A DNA stretch of 64,000 bases, from positions 14,260,001 through 14,324,000 of the forward strand of contig NC_043003.1 of NCBI RefSeq assembly GCF_006345805.1. Reading direction: 5' to 3'. This document shows, piece after piece, positions 53,173 to 64,000 of the stretch; position 1 is the stretch's first letter, and every line of letters begins with the position of its first letter. The DNA comes from Octopus sinensis (lineage: Eukaryota). The notes below the pieces were generated by a model. The model did not search any database. It was not told the origin of the DNA and saw only the letters and a program-made list of their open reading frames with translations. A program made the translations under genes and the position numbers.

Positions 53173-53667
53173 CAATTTATACTTTTTGCAGATCTTCACA
53201 TGGCAGTTTCTGAATATAAGACGCGCGCACACACACACACACACGCACAGAATTGTTAATAAAGCAAATACCATTTGAAAACCATTGTTTTTAAAAAGGC
53301 CACCATATTTGGTTCTGCATGTATCTTCTTTCGTTAGCAATGATCATCTTTTTTGGTACAGCTGTAACTACTGTACTGTACAAAACACTATTCTCAAAAT
53401 TTAATCTAAATTTCATCTTGACGTAATCTTTTTTACCAACTAGTTTGGCTTTTAAAAATATCAAACAGTGAAAATATATTTTGCTAGAATTATTTAAGTA
53501 TTTTATGAAATTAAATCTTTTTTTTTTCCGTAAATATAAATGTTTTACTCCTTTTTCAGCAATCAAGGAGTAGAAATAACCTTTTTTAAATTTTTTTATT
53601 TTACACTTTCGTAAAAATGGTTTTCACCTAGTGTTGCAGTTCCATGAAATAAAATTGTGTGGGTATG

Positions 53668-54070
53668 GCTGTATGACTCAGAAGCTCGCTTTGCAATCCT
53701 GTAGTTTTGAGTTCAGTCCTACTGCGGAGCAACACAAGCAAGTATCTTCAACAATATATTTCTTTATTGCCCACAGAGGGGACAGACAAATGGATTAAGT
53801 CAATTACATTGACCCCAGTGTGTAACTGGTACTTATTTAATCGACTCCGAAAGGATGAAAGGCAAAGTCAATCTTGGCAGAATTTGAACTCAGAACGTAA
53901 AGACAGATGTATGGCTCAGAAGCTCACTTTGCAACCACGTAGTTTCAGGTTCAGTCCAACTGTGTAGCAACACAAGCAAATATCTTCAACAATATATTTC
54001 TTTATTGCCCACAGAGGGGACAAACAAGGACAGACAAATGGATTAAGTCAATTACATCAATCCCAGTGCG
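53668..54070. repeat. ~240-bp tandem duplication of a chimeric SINE A head / SINE C tail
   Basis: Junction CAACAATATATTTCTTTATTGCCCACAGAGGGGACA occurs twice. Confidence 0.8.
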
Positions 54071-54076
54071 TTTTTG

Positions 54077-54914
54077 TACTGTACCTGCCTTTCCACGCCA
54101 TGTTATTTGTTAACATGAAAAGAAAGAGGAATTCGTAAGATATCACTTTGAAGCTGAAAGTTGTTGAACATGCAAAGTTGCATTTGAATCGAGCTGCAGA
54201 AAGAAAATTTGGAGTCTCAGAAAAAAAATGGTCAGGGATTAGTGTTTGAAAGAGGAGAAAATGAAATACGTTGACATCAAGTTGTTAAAGAAAATTAGGC
54301 GCAGGAGTGGCTGTGTGGTAAGTAGCTTGCTAACCAACCACATGGTTCCGGGTTCAGTCCCACTGTGTGGCATCTTGGGCAAGTGTCTTCTGCTATAGCC
54401 CTGGGCTGACAAATGCCTTGTGAGTAGATTTGGTAGGCAGAAACTGAAAGAAGCCTGTTGTATATATGTATATATATAAATGTATGTGTGTCAGCGGTTC
54501 AGCAAAAGAGACAAATAGAATAAGTACTGGGCTTACAAAGAATAAGTCCCAGGGTCGATTTGCTCGACTAAAGGCGGTGCTCCAGCATGGCCGCAGTCAA
54601 ATGACTGAAAAAAGTAAAAGATAAAAGATAGGAATGAGTCTCAATGAGAAAATGGAGACTATTTTGAGAGACTGGGCGACTGAATTACTTACAAATGGAC
54701 TTGTCATGAGAAACATCATTAGATTGCAAGCTCTCCAAGTGACTAAAGAACATGGTATATCCGACTGAAAGCTCGGTTATCGAACAGCAGCTATGTCAGC
54801 ACAATTCCTAATCAAACTTTGCTCTCCAACATCAAAAAAGATCCCCATTTGAATCTTGTAAGTCGGAGGTGCGTCTTATCAGCAAGGGTGTTTTATAGTC
54901 AAGTATATACGGTA
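54077..54914 (+). mobile_element. pogo (POGK-like) transposon remnant with SINE A insertion (54298-54630)
   Basis: MKRKRNS*DITLKLKVVEHAK...AAERKFGVSEK (Brinker-type DBD); ILRDWATEL...IIRLQAL (CENP-B HTH); right end ...TATACGG|TA. Confidence 0.8.
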
Positions 54915-56578
54915 CGTCACAATAAAGCCTTGAATCCATTGTTCTTTCAATAAATGTGAGTCCTCCGACACCAGCTGCATTCATGCATTCCTAAAGTATA
55001 ACACTTCCGCCGCTATGTTTCACGGTAGGCACGGTGTATTTGTCGCTACTATCTTCACCTGGTCATCGTCGTACTAGTTTAATACCATCTGACCCAAAAG
55101 AGTGGATTTTAGTCTCGTCAGAAAAAAGAATTTTATTCCAAAACTCCTTCCCCTTACTCACATAGATTTCGGCAAAAAAGAAAAAGACAACTGGTAGTAC
55201 CTATTTCTTTACTACCCACAAGAATCTAAACGCAGAGAGGACAAACAAGGACAGACAAACGGATTAAGTCGATTATATCGACCTCAGTGCATAACTGGTA
55301 CTTATTTACTCAACCCCGAAAGGATGAAAGGCAAAGTTAACCTCGGCAGAATTTGAACTCAGAACGTAGCGGCAGACGAAATACTGCCAAGCATTTCGCC
55401 CAGCGTGCTAACAATTCTGCCAGCTTCCTACCTTCAACTGGTAATACCTGGTAACGAGGAGAGGCTTCCTATGAAAAATGCGTCCATGAAGACCACACTG
55501 GTCCAAACTTCGGTGAACTATTTGGGCGGATACTCTCTTTCCACTAGCAAAGATACTTCTTGGACGAACGATGAAGCTGTACAATGCCCGTCATCCATCA
55601 CGCAATGTTGGATGTAGTAAATATCAGGAATCTCTCTCTATATATAAACGGCAAAATGTCTGTGTGTGTGTCCTTTATACAAATCCACAATCTTTCAGTT
55701 AGAGGGCTCGCACTTTCTATGGTCATTCGAAACCGTCCAAGGGTGGTCGTGCACATTTTTACATTTCCCCAGTCACCCGACAAAGCCATTAAAAAAATCA
55801 ATAGAAGTGACTTTTTTGTGAATTTTCTATCCAAAACCCAATCAAAATGCCCGAAACTTGATATGCCAATTGAATGCCAGCTAGCTGTATGTGATTGGTC
55901 GGAGATTTGGACAGTACTCGCGTGTATGTGCACACGCACGCAGCTGTATATGCATGCACTAGCACTATGACCCGGTGTTGCCAGGTCATAGTGCAAGTAT
56001 CAGTTAAAAGAGGACAACATGGGCAATGTTTATTGCTTAGCCGTTCAGTAGCTTTGTACTTCTGAATTACCTTGGCAACTGTGTTTGCTCTAATATGTAT
56101 TCGTTTGTTGATTAACTTGTATCCTAAAACATTCTTGTGCAAATTAAAAATAATTTTATTCAAACCTTCAGAGATTTCTTTTCCTTTTGGTGCCATTTTA
56201 ATCACAATGAAGATTTTCACCACTGAACACAAATCAGAATTCCTGCAGATGCAATAACAATGACCAGTGCAGAAATGCCAGGAGAAATAATTTATTAGAA
56301 TTGAAATTATCAGCAATATCTGAATTTATTTTAAAAAAAAAAGTGGATAGAATATTGAATATAGCAAATTTCCTTTAGGGCGTAAATATTCTTGTAATGT
56401 TTTTTAAATTAATATTTTCATTCATATCTTTGAAAATGTTTATTGTTTGTATAATGTTTGCATGTATAATATGTTTTATTCAGTATAAATCTCGTTTGAT
56501 TTCTTTCGATATTATCAGAGTAATTGCAATTTTACTGAAAATTTTTAGGGGTGTACATACTTCTGTGAGATACTGTAT
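54915..56578 (-). mobile_element. Tc1-family transposon remnant interrupted by SINE C and a Helitron-like element
   Basis: TIR TA|CAGTATCTCACAGAAGTATGTACACCC; MAPKGKEISEGL...GYKLI; WNKILFSDETKI...PTVKHSGGSVI. Confidence 0.92.
55631..55998 (+). mobile_element. Helitron-like non-autonomous element nested in Tc1
   Basis: A|TCTCTCTCTATATATAAACG start; terminal hairpin GCACTATGACC...GGTCATAGTGC then AAGT (decayed CTAG|T). Confidence 0.65.
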
Positions 56579-57132
56579 ATATATATATAGCATTGCTTGA
56601 CAACCGATGCTGGTGTGTTTATGTCCCCGTAACTTAGCAGTTCGGCAAAACAGAACAATAGAACAAGTACTGGGCTTACAAAAGAATAAGTCCCGGGGTC
56701 GAGTTGCTCGATTAAAGGCGGTGCTCCAGCATGGCCGCAGTCAAATGACTGAAACAAGTAAAAGAGTAAAAAAAAGAAAAGAGTAAAGAGTATATGTGTG
56801 TGCTGGCTGGCTGGCCCTGTTCTGGATGCCTGGCTGGCCCGGCCTCGGTTTTCTGGCTGGAAACTAGCCTAGGCTGGATGCCTGGCCCTGTTTTGGATGC
56901 CTGGCTGGCCCGGCTTAATAGTTGCCTAATAGTGGTTTTATCTCTAATTTAATTTATATTTATACTGTGAAATTTGATTTAATCCTAAATCTAATTTTTT
57001 CCTGTAAGTTTGGATATACTCCCTAATATTATTATTATATATGATATATATATAAATATATTAAGTTAGACATGGCCTGGAACAATCTTTGGTCGAAACA
57101 TATCTAAGTTTTATATATATATATGATATATG

Positions 57133-57184
<52 letters not shown>

Positions 57185-57696
57185 ATATATATATATATAT
57201 AATATATATGATATATATATATAGTTAACCAACGTTCACCTATAAAAAACTGCCATCCTGATTTTGTCTCCAATATATGTACATGAAGAGTGATACTGAC
57301 AACGTTGTGGCTGGCACACTGTTTCTCAGACAGCATTTACTTTCCAACAGCATCTAAAACCATTTCTAAAATCAATGTCTACCTATGTTGACATAACTTG
57401 ATAGAGGTCAGCATGCTCAGTAACAGTCTGGAAATTTTCGGTGATAGTTCCACGTGAAAATTTCGTCTTTAAGTACCACCCTTATCACGACAAGCACATT
57501 TTCTAACATCTTCAGTGAACTATCACACTCTTGGAAATTAGGATTCTCAACTTGACAGGAACCAATTTTATTTGATCGTCAACGAAAGGCAGTCGATACT
57601 AAACAAGATGTTATCATGTTAAAATGCATAAGTATACAACTCCACATATAAATCTAGGTGTATTTGTCAATCATGAAGACAGACTTACACGTGTAC

Positions 57697-58230
57697 ATGT
57701 CCTTATTGTTGGCTTGCTATTTGCTTTGAATTTGTTGTTCATGCATATTGATGGCTATTGATCGCATTACTCGCTGACCTATGGCCATTCCCACCTCGAT
57801 AATTCATCGCATACAATAAATAATAGACATATTCTGACTCACTAGCTCGTCAACATAGGTATGTGCAATCAACCATTGCTAGAGATAGCATCGCCCTATT
57901 TCAACCGACCTGAGATTTACTTATCGTTTCGGATAGGTCCAATGCTGCACACCAAGAAAATTTGGTGATCGCTTTGGGGGGGGGGGGCTAAAATCTAGAG
58001 GCGTCTGAAGAAAAATAGCCATGGTACCCTTCTATCATTGAAGAAATGATGTTGTTGTTTCAGCAGTGGAAGAATTTTGGATCATCACTAACTGAACTAT
58101 CAACATGATAGTACACTGTATATTATGAGCTACTGCTTGTGGCTGTATTCAGTAAGCATAATTGGGAAAAGAAGACGAACAATGCAAGGCTGATGTATGA
58201 GGTACTGGTTCTGTTTTCGGATGCGAACAT
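57697..58230. repeat. 0.53-kb direct repeat, copy 1
   Basis: Aligns with 60416-60963. Confidence 0.95.
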
Positions 58231-59181
58231 TTTAAAGAACGACCTTCATCAGTTGTTGCCTGTTTTTCTAGTCTCGTATTTCGAGCATTTAACAACAATA
58301 TACGCTTTCTATAAAACAGTTGCTCCTGCAAAGCAAATTAAATAAAATTCAGGCTTTTGATGAGGGTCAAAATTGGTAACACAAACAGGACAGTGAAAAC
58401 AGAGAGGAAGGGCTGCTAAGCCTAAACGAGGTTGTGGTGGCGAAGGCGAAAATGAAGCAGGGACAGGAGACAGACAAAAACACGTCTTCCTTGTTCCAGC
58501 TACAACGGAGAGAAGGAAAGAAACACAAGATAGGAGAAGAAAGAAAGATGGCCGATGGTCACGTGGGAGCCACGTGAGCAAGGATGGAGGAGCGAGAGAG
58601 AGAGAGTGACAGAGTAATAGAATAGAATAGTGGGAGAAGAGGAGGTAAAAGAATAAGAGAGAGAAAGGGAGAAAAACGAAAGGGTAAAATGATCGTATAG
58701 AGGTCACATAAGAATTACTAAGACAGACCACTTTCCGTTTCTATCTGCCAAATCCACTCACAAGGCTTTGGTCAGCCCAAGGCTATAGTAGAAGACATTA
58801 AGATCAAAATAACAGAGTTCCAACAGAATTCTATGGTTTGGTAAACATTTCCATCCTCATTTGAAAACTTCTTCCATAATCAAAGAATTTGTACCACCAT
58901 CAATACTCCATGGTACATTATCGTGCAGTAATGAAGCAGGGATTCGAAACTGAACCTCATACTTGAGAAGCAAGCTTCTTAACTACACAACCACACACCT
59001 GCTGAAGTATATTGTTGGATTATGTTGCAGTTGCTAAACTGAGACATTAGCATTTCTGTATGTTAGTGACGAACTGGAAGAGCAAGCTTTCAGCACTGCA
59101 TGAATGGATAAATAATTTATTCACATAGAATTCAATAGTCTGATACCATAGGTTTCGTGCAAATATATTCATACCCATTCA

Positions 59182-59271
59182 ATCAGAATTTGAATAATGG
59201 ATGATGACTCTGGTATTTTAGCTCTTGCCACTTAAAATGGTGAAGTCATCATCTATTATTCAATTTCCGAT
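59182..59271. ncRNA. Candidate pri-miRNA-like hairpin
   Basis: 20-bp stem (59190-59209 / 59244-59263, one G-U) plus basal and apical extensions, in unique sequence. Confidence 0.35.
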
Positions 59272-59727
59272 CAGACTAACATATGAATTCTCTTAAAATG
59301 AAAATAGACACACACACACACACACGCTTGATATATATATATTCTTTAATATATATATATTCTTTCTCTGTCTCCCCTTCTTTGGACTTTTTCCTTTTTC
59401 TATATTTCTGACGAAGAGGCTCCACTCAAAACATGAAATCCTCTTTCTTTTCTTTCCTTTCCTTTCCTGAGCATCCGATAACACTGTACTTATTCCACTT
59501 CCTCACATTGATGTTTTTTCTTGCTTGTTCATGTTTGGATTAGCTATATAAATATATGTGTGTGTGTAGTGTTAGGCTGCCAAGATAGATGATGGTCACT
59601 CAAGACAAATACCGCAGTATTGCAGTGTTCATACAATATATCTACGGTTATGAAGGATGTAAAGATTGCTATTTGGTACTGCTATAGTTTTTGTCGCTAA
59701 TATCTCATGTGTGTGTGTGTATATTTA

Positions 59728-59764
<37 letters not shown>

Positions 59765-59768
<4 letters not shown>

Positions 59769-60095
59769 GTGATTCCTGTGCTGGTGGTACGTAAAAAGCA
59801 CCATCAGAACGTGGCCGATGCCAGCGCTGCCTTGACTGGCTTCTGTGCTGGTGGCACATAATAAGCACCAACCGATCATGGCCACTGCCAGCCTCCCCTG
59901 GCACCTGTGCTGGTGGCACGTAAAAAGCACCCACTACACTCACGGAGTGGTTAGCGTTAGGAAGGGCATCCAGCTGTAGAAACACTGCCAGATCAGACTG
60001 GAGCCTGATGCAGCATCCTGGCTTCCCAGGCCCCTGTCAAACCGTCCAACCCATGCTAGCATGGAAAATGGACGTTAAACGAGGATGATGATGAT
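59765..60095 (+). mobile_element. Family D repeat
   Basis: As above. Confidence 0.8.
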
Positions 60096-60337
60096 ATATA
60101 TATATGTATATGTATATCATTCCATACCTGACATCACTGAAGAGCACAGGGTTACATAATCGGTCTGTTACTTAACATTTCGTTGAACCCCTAATATGAA
60201 ACCAATTGGTAATGGATATATAATACTGTACACTTTGATTTTCATATATATATATATATATGTGTATATATATATATATATATAATATATATATATATAC
60301 ACATATATACATATATATACATATACATATATATACA

Positions 60338-60389
<52 letters not shown>

Positions 60390-60415
60390 GAACTTAAAAG
60401 TTATGGGCAGTCATG

Positions 60416-60963
60416 ATGTCCTTATTGTTGGCTCGCTACTTCCTTGAATCTGTTATTCATGCATATTGATTGCTATCGATCACTTTACTCGCTGACCTAT
60501 GACCATTTACATCATCGATAATTCATCAAATACAACAAATAATAGATGTACTCTGACTCACTAGATTGTCAACATTGGTTTGTGCTATTGACCATCACTA
60601 GCGATAGGATCGCCTTATTTCAACCGACCTGAGATTTACTTATCGTTTCGGATAGGTCCAATGCTGCACACCAAGAAAATTTGGTGATCGCTTTGGGGGA
60701 GGGAGGGCTGAAATCTAGAGGTGTCTAAAGAAAAATAGCCATGGTACCCTTCTATCATTGAAGAAATGATGTTGTTGTTTCAGCAGTGGAAGAATTTTGG
60801 ATCATCACTAACTGAACTATCAACATGATAGTACACTGTATATTATGAACTACTGCTTGTGGCTGTATTCAGTAAGCATAATTGGGAAAAGAAGACGAAC
60901 AATGCAAGGCTGATATATGAAGTTAAATACCCTGGTACTGGTTCTGTTTTCGGGTGCGAACAT
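60416..60963. repeat. 0.53-kb direct repeat, copy 2
   Basis: Aligns with 57697-58230. Confidence 0.95.
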
Positions 60964-61099
60964 ATCAAAACTACAGCATAGCACATTATTTCTATGGTTT
61001 GAAACAATGGTTAAAAAATTCCTTGATACCAGGGGTACTTTTACCACTAGTTCTCCTTGGAATCTATTCGTTACTGAGGAGATAAGCTGGTTTCAGTTT

Positions 61100-61302
61100 T
61101 TGGCCCAAAGCCTGCAATTTCATCGATCCCATTGGTCAACTGGGACTGGTTTTATCGACCCCGAAAGAATTAAAGGCAAATTTGACCTTGGTGGAATTTG
61201 AACTCAGAACGTAAAGACGAACGAAATGGTGCAAAACATTTTCCCTCGTGTGCTAAGAAGTCTGCCAGCTCACCACCTTAATAATAATAAATAATAATAA
61301 TA

Positions 61303-61354
<52 letters not shown>

Positions 61355-61810
61355 GAAGAAGAAGAAGAAGAAGAAGAAGAAGAAGAAAAATCCTTTCTAC
61401 TATAGGCACAAGGCCTGAAGTTTTGGGGGAGAGGGCCACTCTATTAGATTGACCGAAGTATGCAACTGGTACTTAATTTATTGACCTCAAAACGATGAAA
61501 GGAAAAGTTGACCTCAGCGGAATTTGAATTCAGAATGTGGTGGCAGACAAAATACTGCTAAGCATTTCACCTGGCGTGCTAATAGTAATAATGATCCTTT
61601 CTACTGGAAGCACAAGGCCTCAAATTTTGGGGGAGGGGACTAGTCGATTACATCAATCCCATTGTTTAACTGGTACTTAATTTATCGACCCCGTAGAGAT
61701 GAAAGGTAAAGACGATCTCGGCGGAATTTGAACTTGGAATATAAATGCAGACGAAATGCTGCTAAGCATTTTTTCTTGGCGTGCAAATGATTTTGTCAGT
61801 TTGCTGCCTA
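61100..61810 (-). mobile_element. Three SINE C copies around (TAA)(GAT)(GAA) microsatellites
   Basis: GGAATTTGAA(C/T)T... and AAGGCCT... motifs repeated. Confidence 0.8.
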
Positions 61811-61832
61811 AATAATGATAATAATAATATAT

Positions 61833-62242
61833 CTTTATCTTTTCTTTTATCTTTTTATCTTTATCTTTTATTTGTTTCAGTCATTTGACTGCGGCCATGC
61901 TGGAGCACGCCTTTTAGTCGAGCAAATCGACCCCGGGACTTATTCTTTGTAAGCCCAGTACTTATCTATCGGTCTCTTTTGCCGAACCGCTAAGTGACGG
62001 GGACGTAAACACACCAGCATCGTTGTCAAGCAATGCTAGGGGACAAACACACAAACACACACCACATATATATATTACATATATACGACAGGCTTCTTTC
62101 AGTTTCCGTCTACCAAATCCACTCACAAGGCATTGGTCGGCCCGGGGCTATAGCAGAAGACACTTGCCCAGATGCCACGCAGTGGGACTGAACCCGGAGC
62201 TGTGGTTGGTTAGCAAGCCTTACCACACAGCCACTCTGCGCC
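61833..62242 (-). mobile_element. SINE family A
   Basis: As above. Confidence 0.9.
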
Positions 62243-62307
62243 TATAATAATAATATATCTGTAAAGGAATTTGAAAAGTTAAGTTAGCTTGCTTACCAAC
62301 CACAATA

Positions 62308-62700
62308 GCATCATCATCATCATCATCATCGTTTAACGTCCGCTTTCTGTGCTAGCGTGGGTTGGATGATTTGACTGAGGACTGGTGAACCAGATGACTG
62401 CACCAGGCTCCAATCTGATCTGGCAGAGTTTCTACAACTGGATGCCCTTCCTAACGCCAATCACTCCAAGAGTGTAGTGGGTGCTTTTATGTGTCACCGG
62501 CATGAAGGCCAGTCATGTGGTACTGGCAATGGCCACACTCAAATGGTGTTTTTTACGTGCCACCAGTACAGTAGCCAGTCCACAAGTGCCAGTAAGGCAA
62601 TGCTTGTAATGAGCACGCTCAAATGGTGCTTTTTACGTGCCACCAGCACAGAAGCTCGGATGGTGCTCTTAGTGCTCCACTAGCACAGATGTGACATTTT
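62308..62700 (-). mobile_element. Family D repeat
   Basis: As above. Confidence 0.75.
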
Positions 62701-63215
62701 GATGGCATGCACTGCTCTCTAAGTCAATAATAATAATAATGATGATGTTGTTGTTGTTGATAATGATGATAATGATGATAACAATAATAATAATTATTAT
62801 TATCATTATTATTATTATTATAATGTACCTGTGTTGAGTGAGAAAAATGTTGGCTTCAAAGCTGAATGCAATAATAATGATGATGATTATGATGATGATG
62901 TTGAGTACTGGGGTTGATTCATTCGACTAAAAACTTCTTCAAAACAGTGCTCCAGCATGGCCATAGTCTAATGTCTGAAGCAAGTAAAAGTTAAAAGACA
63001 AATGATAAATGTATGAAAATCTTTATCCTTTGTCTAATGCGACCTCGAGATACGCAGGCTTTCTGCACACCATCCTATCCTGACGTTGTTGCCCCGCATC
63101 ACACAACATCATATACTGAAGTGCAGTTAGGAACTCATGACTGAGTCCAATCTTTGGTTACGTGTCTCACTTCATGGCCCTTCTTTCGGTATGTGTGTGT
63201 GTGTTTGTGTTTGTA

Positions 63216-63598
63216 GTGGAGGCGCAATGGCCCAGTGGTTAGGGCAGCGGACTCGCGGTCGTAGGATCGTGGTTTCAATTCCCAGACCGGGCATTGTGAG
63301 TGTTTATTGAGCGAAAACACCTAAAGCTCCACGAGGCTCCAGCAGGGGATGGTGGTGATCCCTGCTGTACTCTTTCACCACAACTTTCTCTCACTCTTAC
63401 TTCCTGTTTCTGTTGTACCTGTATTTCAAAGGGCCGGCCTTGTCACTCTGTGTCACGCTGAATATCCCCGAGAACTACGTTAAGGGTACACGTGTCTGTG
63501 GAGTGCTCAGCCACTTACACGTTAATTTCATGAGCAGGCTGTTCCGTTAATCGGATCAACCGGAACCCTCATCGTCGTAACCGACGGAGTGCTTCCAT
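63216..63598 (+). mobile_element. SINE family B, apparently full length and young
   Basis: A/B boxes; tail also present at 48680-48820 (-); CpGs intact. Confidence 0.88.
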
Positions 63599-64000
63599 AG
63601 TGTGTTTGTGTTTGTACTTGTAATGTACTACAGGTTGATTTACTCGACAATTGCCCTTCATAACTTTTATGGCTTTGTGCCAATGTTCAATGGAATCTTT
63701 TCAGAATTATGTCTTCAATGGCTTTTCAAAGCAGTATTTTGAACACATTTCAAATACATCTTTTTTTTTTTTTTGAAAGATGAAATACCACAAAATTTCC
63801 CCTTCCAGGATGGCTGTCTGCAGAAAAAAATAATGTCCAATGACAGAAATTAAGTCTTTATGTGTTTTGTGGCGAGTATTTACTTGGTGTAAGAGCATTC
63901 AGATACCCAAGAAAATGAAAACTTTACATGCACACACACACACACACGCACACACACACACACAGCCTAGATATTTAGGTTAAAAAATTGAACAGAAGCA

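Noticed and set aside
53298-53426. Plus-strand frame HHIWFCMYLLSLAMIIFFGTAVTTVLYK resembling a transmembrane helix
   Set aside because: Weak acceptor, upstream in-frame stop and no recognisable family; hydrophobicity is expected from T-rich DNA.
57062-57110. ttaga...ggtcGAAAcaTAtctaa hammerhead-like remnant (also ~20432, ~21655, ~32125)
   Set aside because: Core CTGANGA or GAAA is missing or stems are unclear; too decayed to call.
63216-63295. tRNA-like sequences (also 9176, 35721, 39559 and family A heads)
   Set aside because: A/B boxes are present but there is no complete acceptor stem, and they continue into repeated SINE bodies; these are SINE heads, not tRNA genes.

Overview
AT-rich, microsatellite-saturated eukaryotic DNA. 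The repeat content is typical of a coleoid cephalopod (Octopus-like) genome; this taxon call comes from recognising the repeats, not from a search. I found no intact host protein-coding exon, rRNA, true tRNA or CRISPR array, and almost every ORF in the supplied track is a translated microsatellite or SINE. The window holds dozens of copies of at least four SINE-like families and decayed transposons: mariner, Tc1, pogo/Tigger, a Ty3/Gypsy remnant, RTE and CR1-type LINE ends, three Dong/R4-like LINEs in (TAA)n, and non-autonomous Helitron-, piggyBac- and pogo-type elements. There is a 100-N gap at 34040-34139. The most notable hidden signal is a dispersed set of minimal type I hammerhead-ribozyme motifs with palindromic helix III (best at 40656-40707 +, 36132-36166 -, 32332-32374 -, 37399-37438 -). 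They sit in short, often fold-back elements inserted in (TA)n, the signature of Penelope-like retroelement termini. Other leads: a pri-miRNA-shaped hairpin (59182-59271), a CpG-retaining promoter-like island near 47.1 kb with an adjacent structured hairpin, strand-skewed islands suggesting a large minus-strand gene with alternative first exons, and a 0.53-kb duplication with mosaic identity. Coordinates were read by eye and may be off by a few bases.
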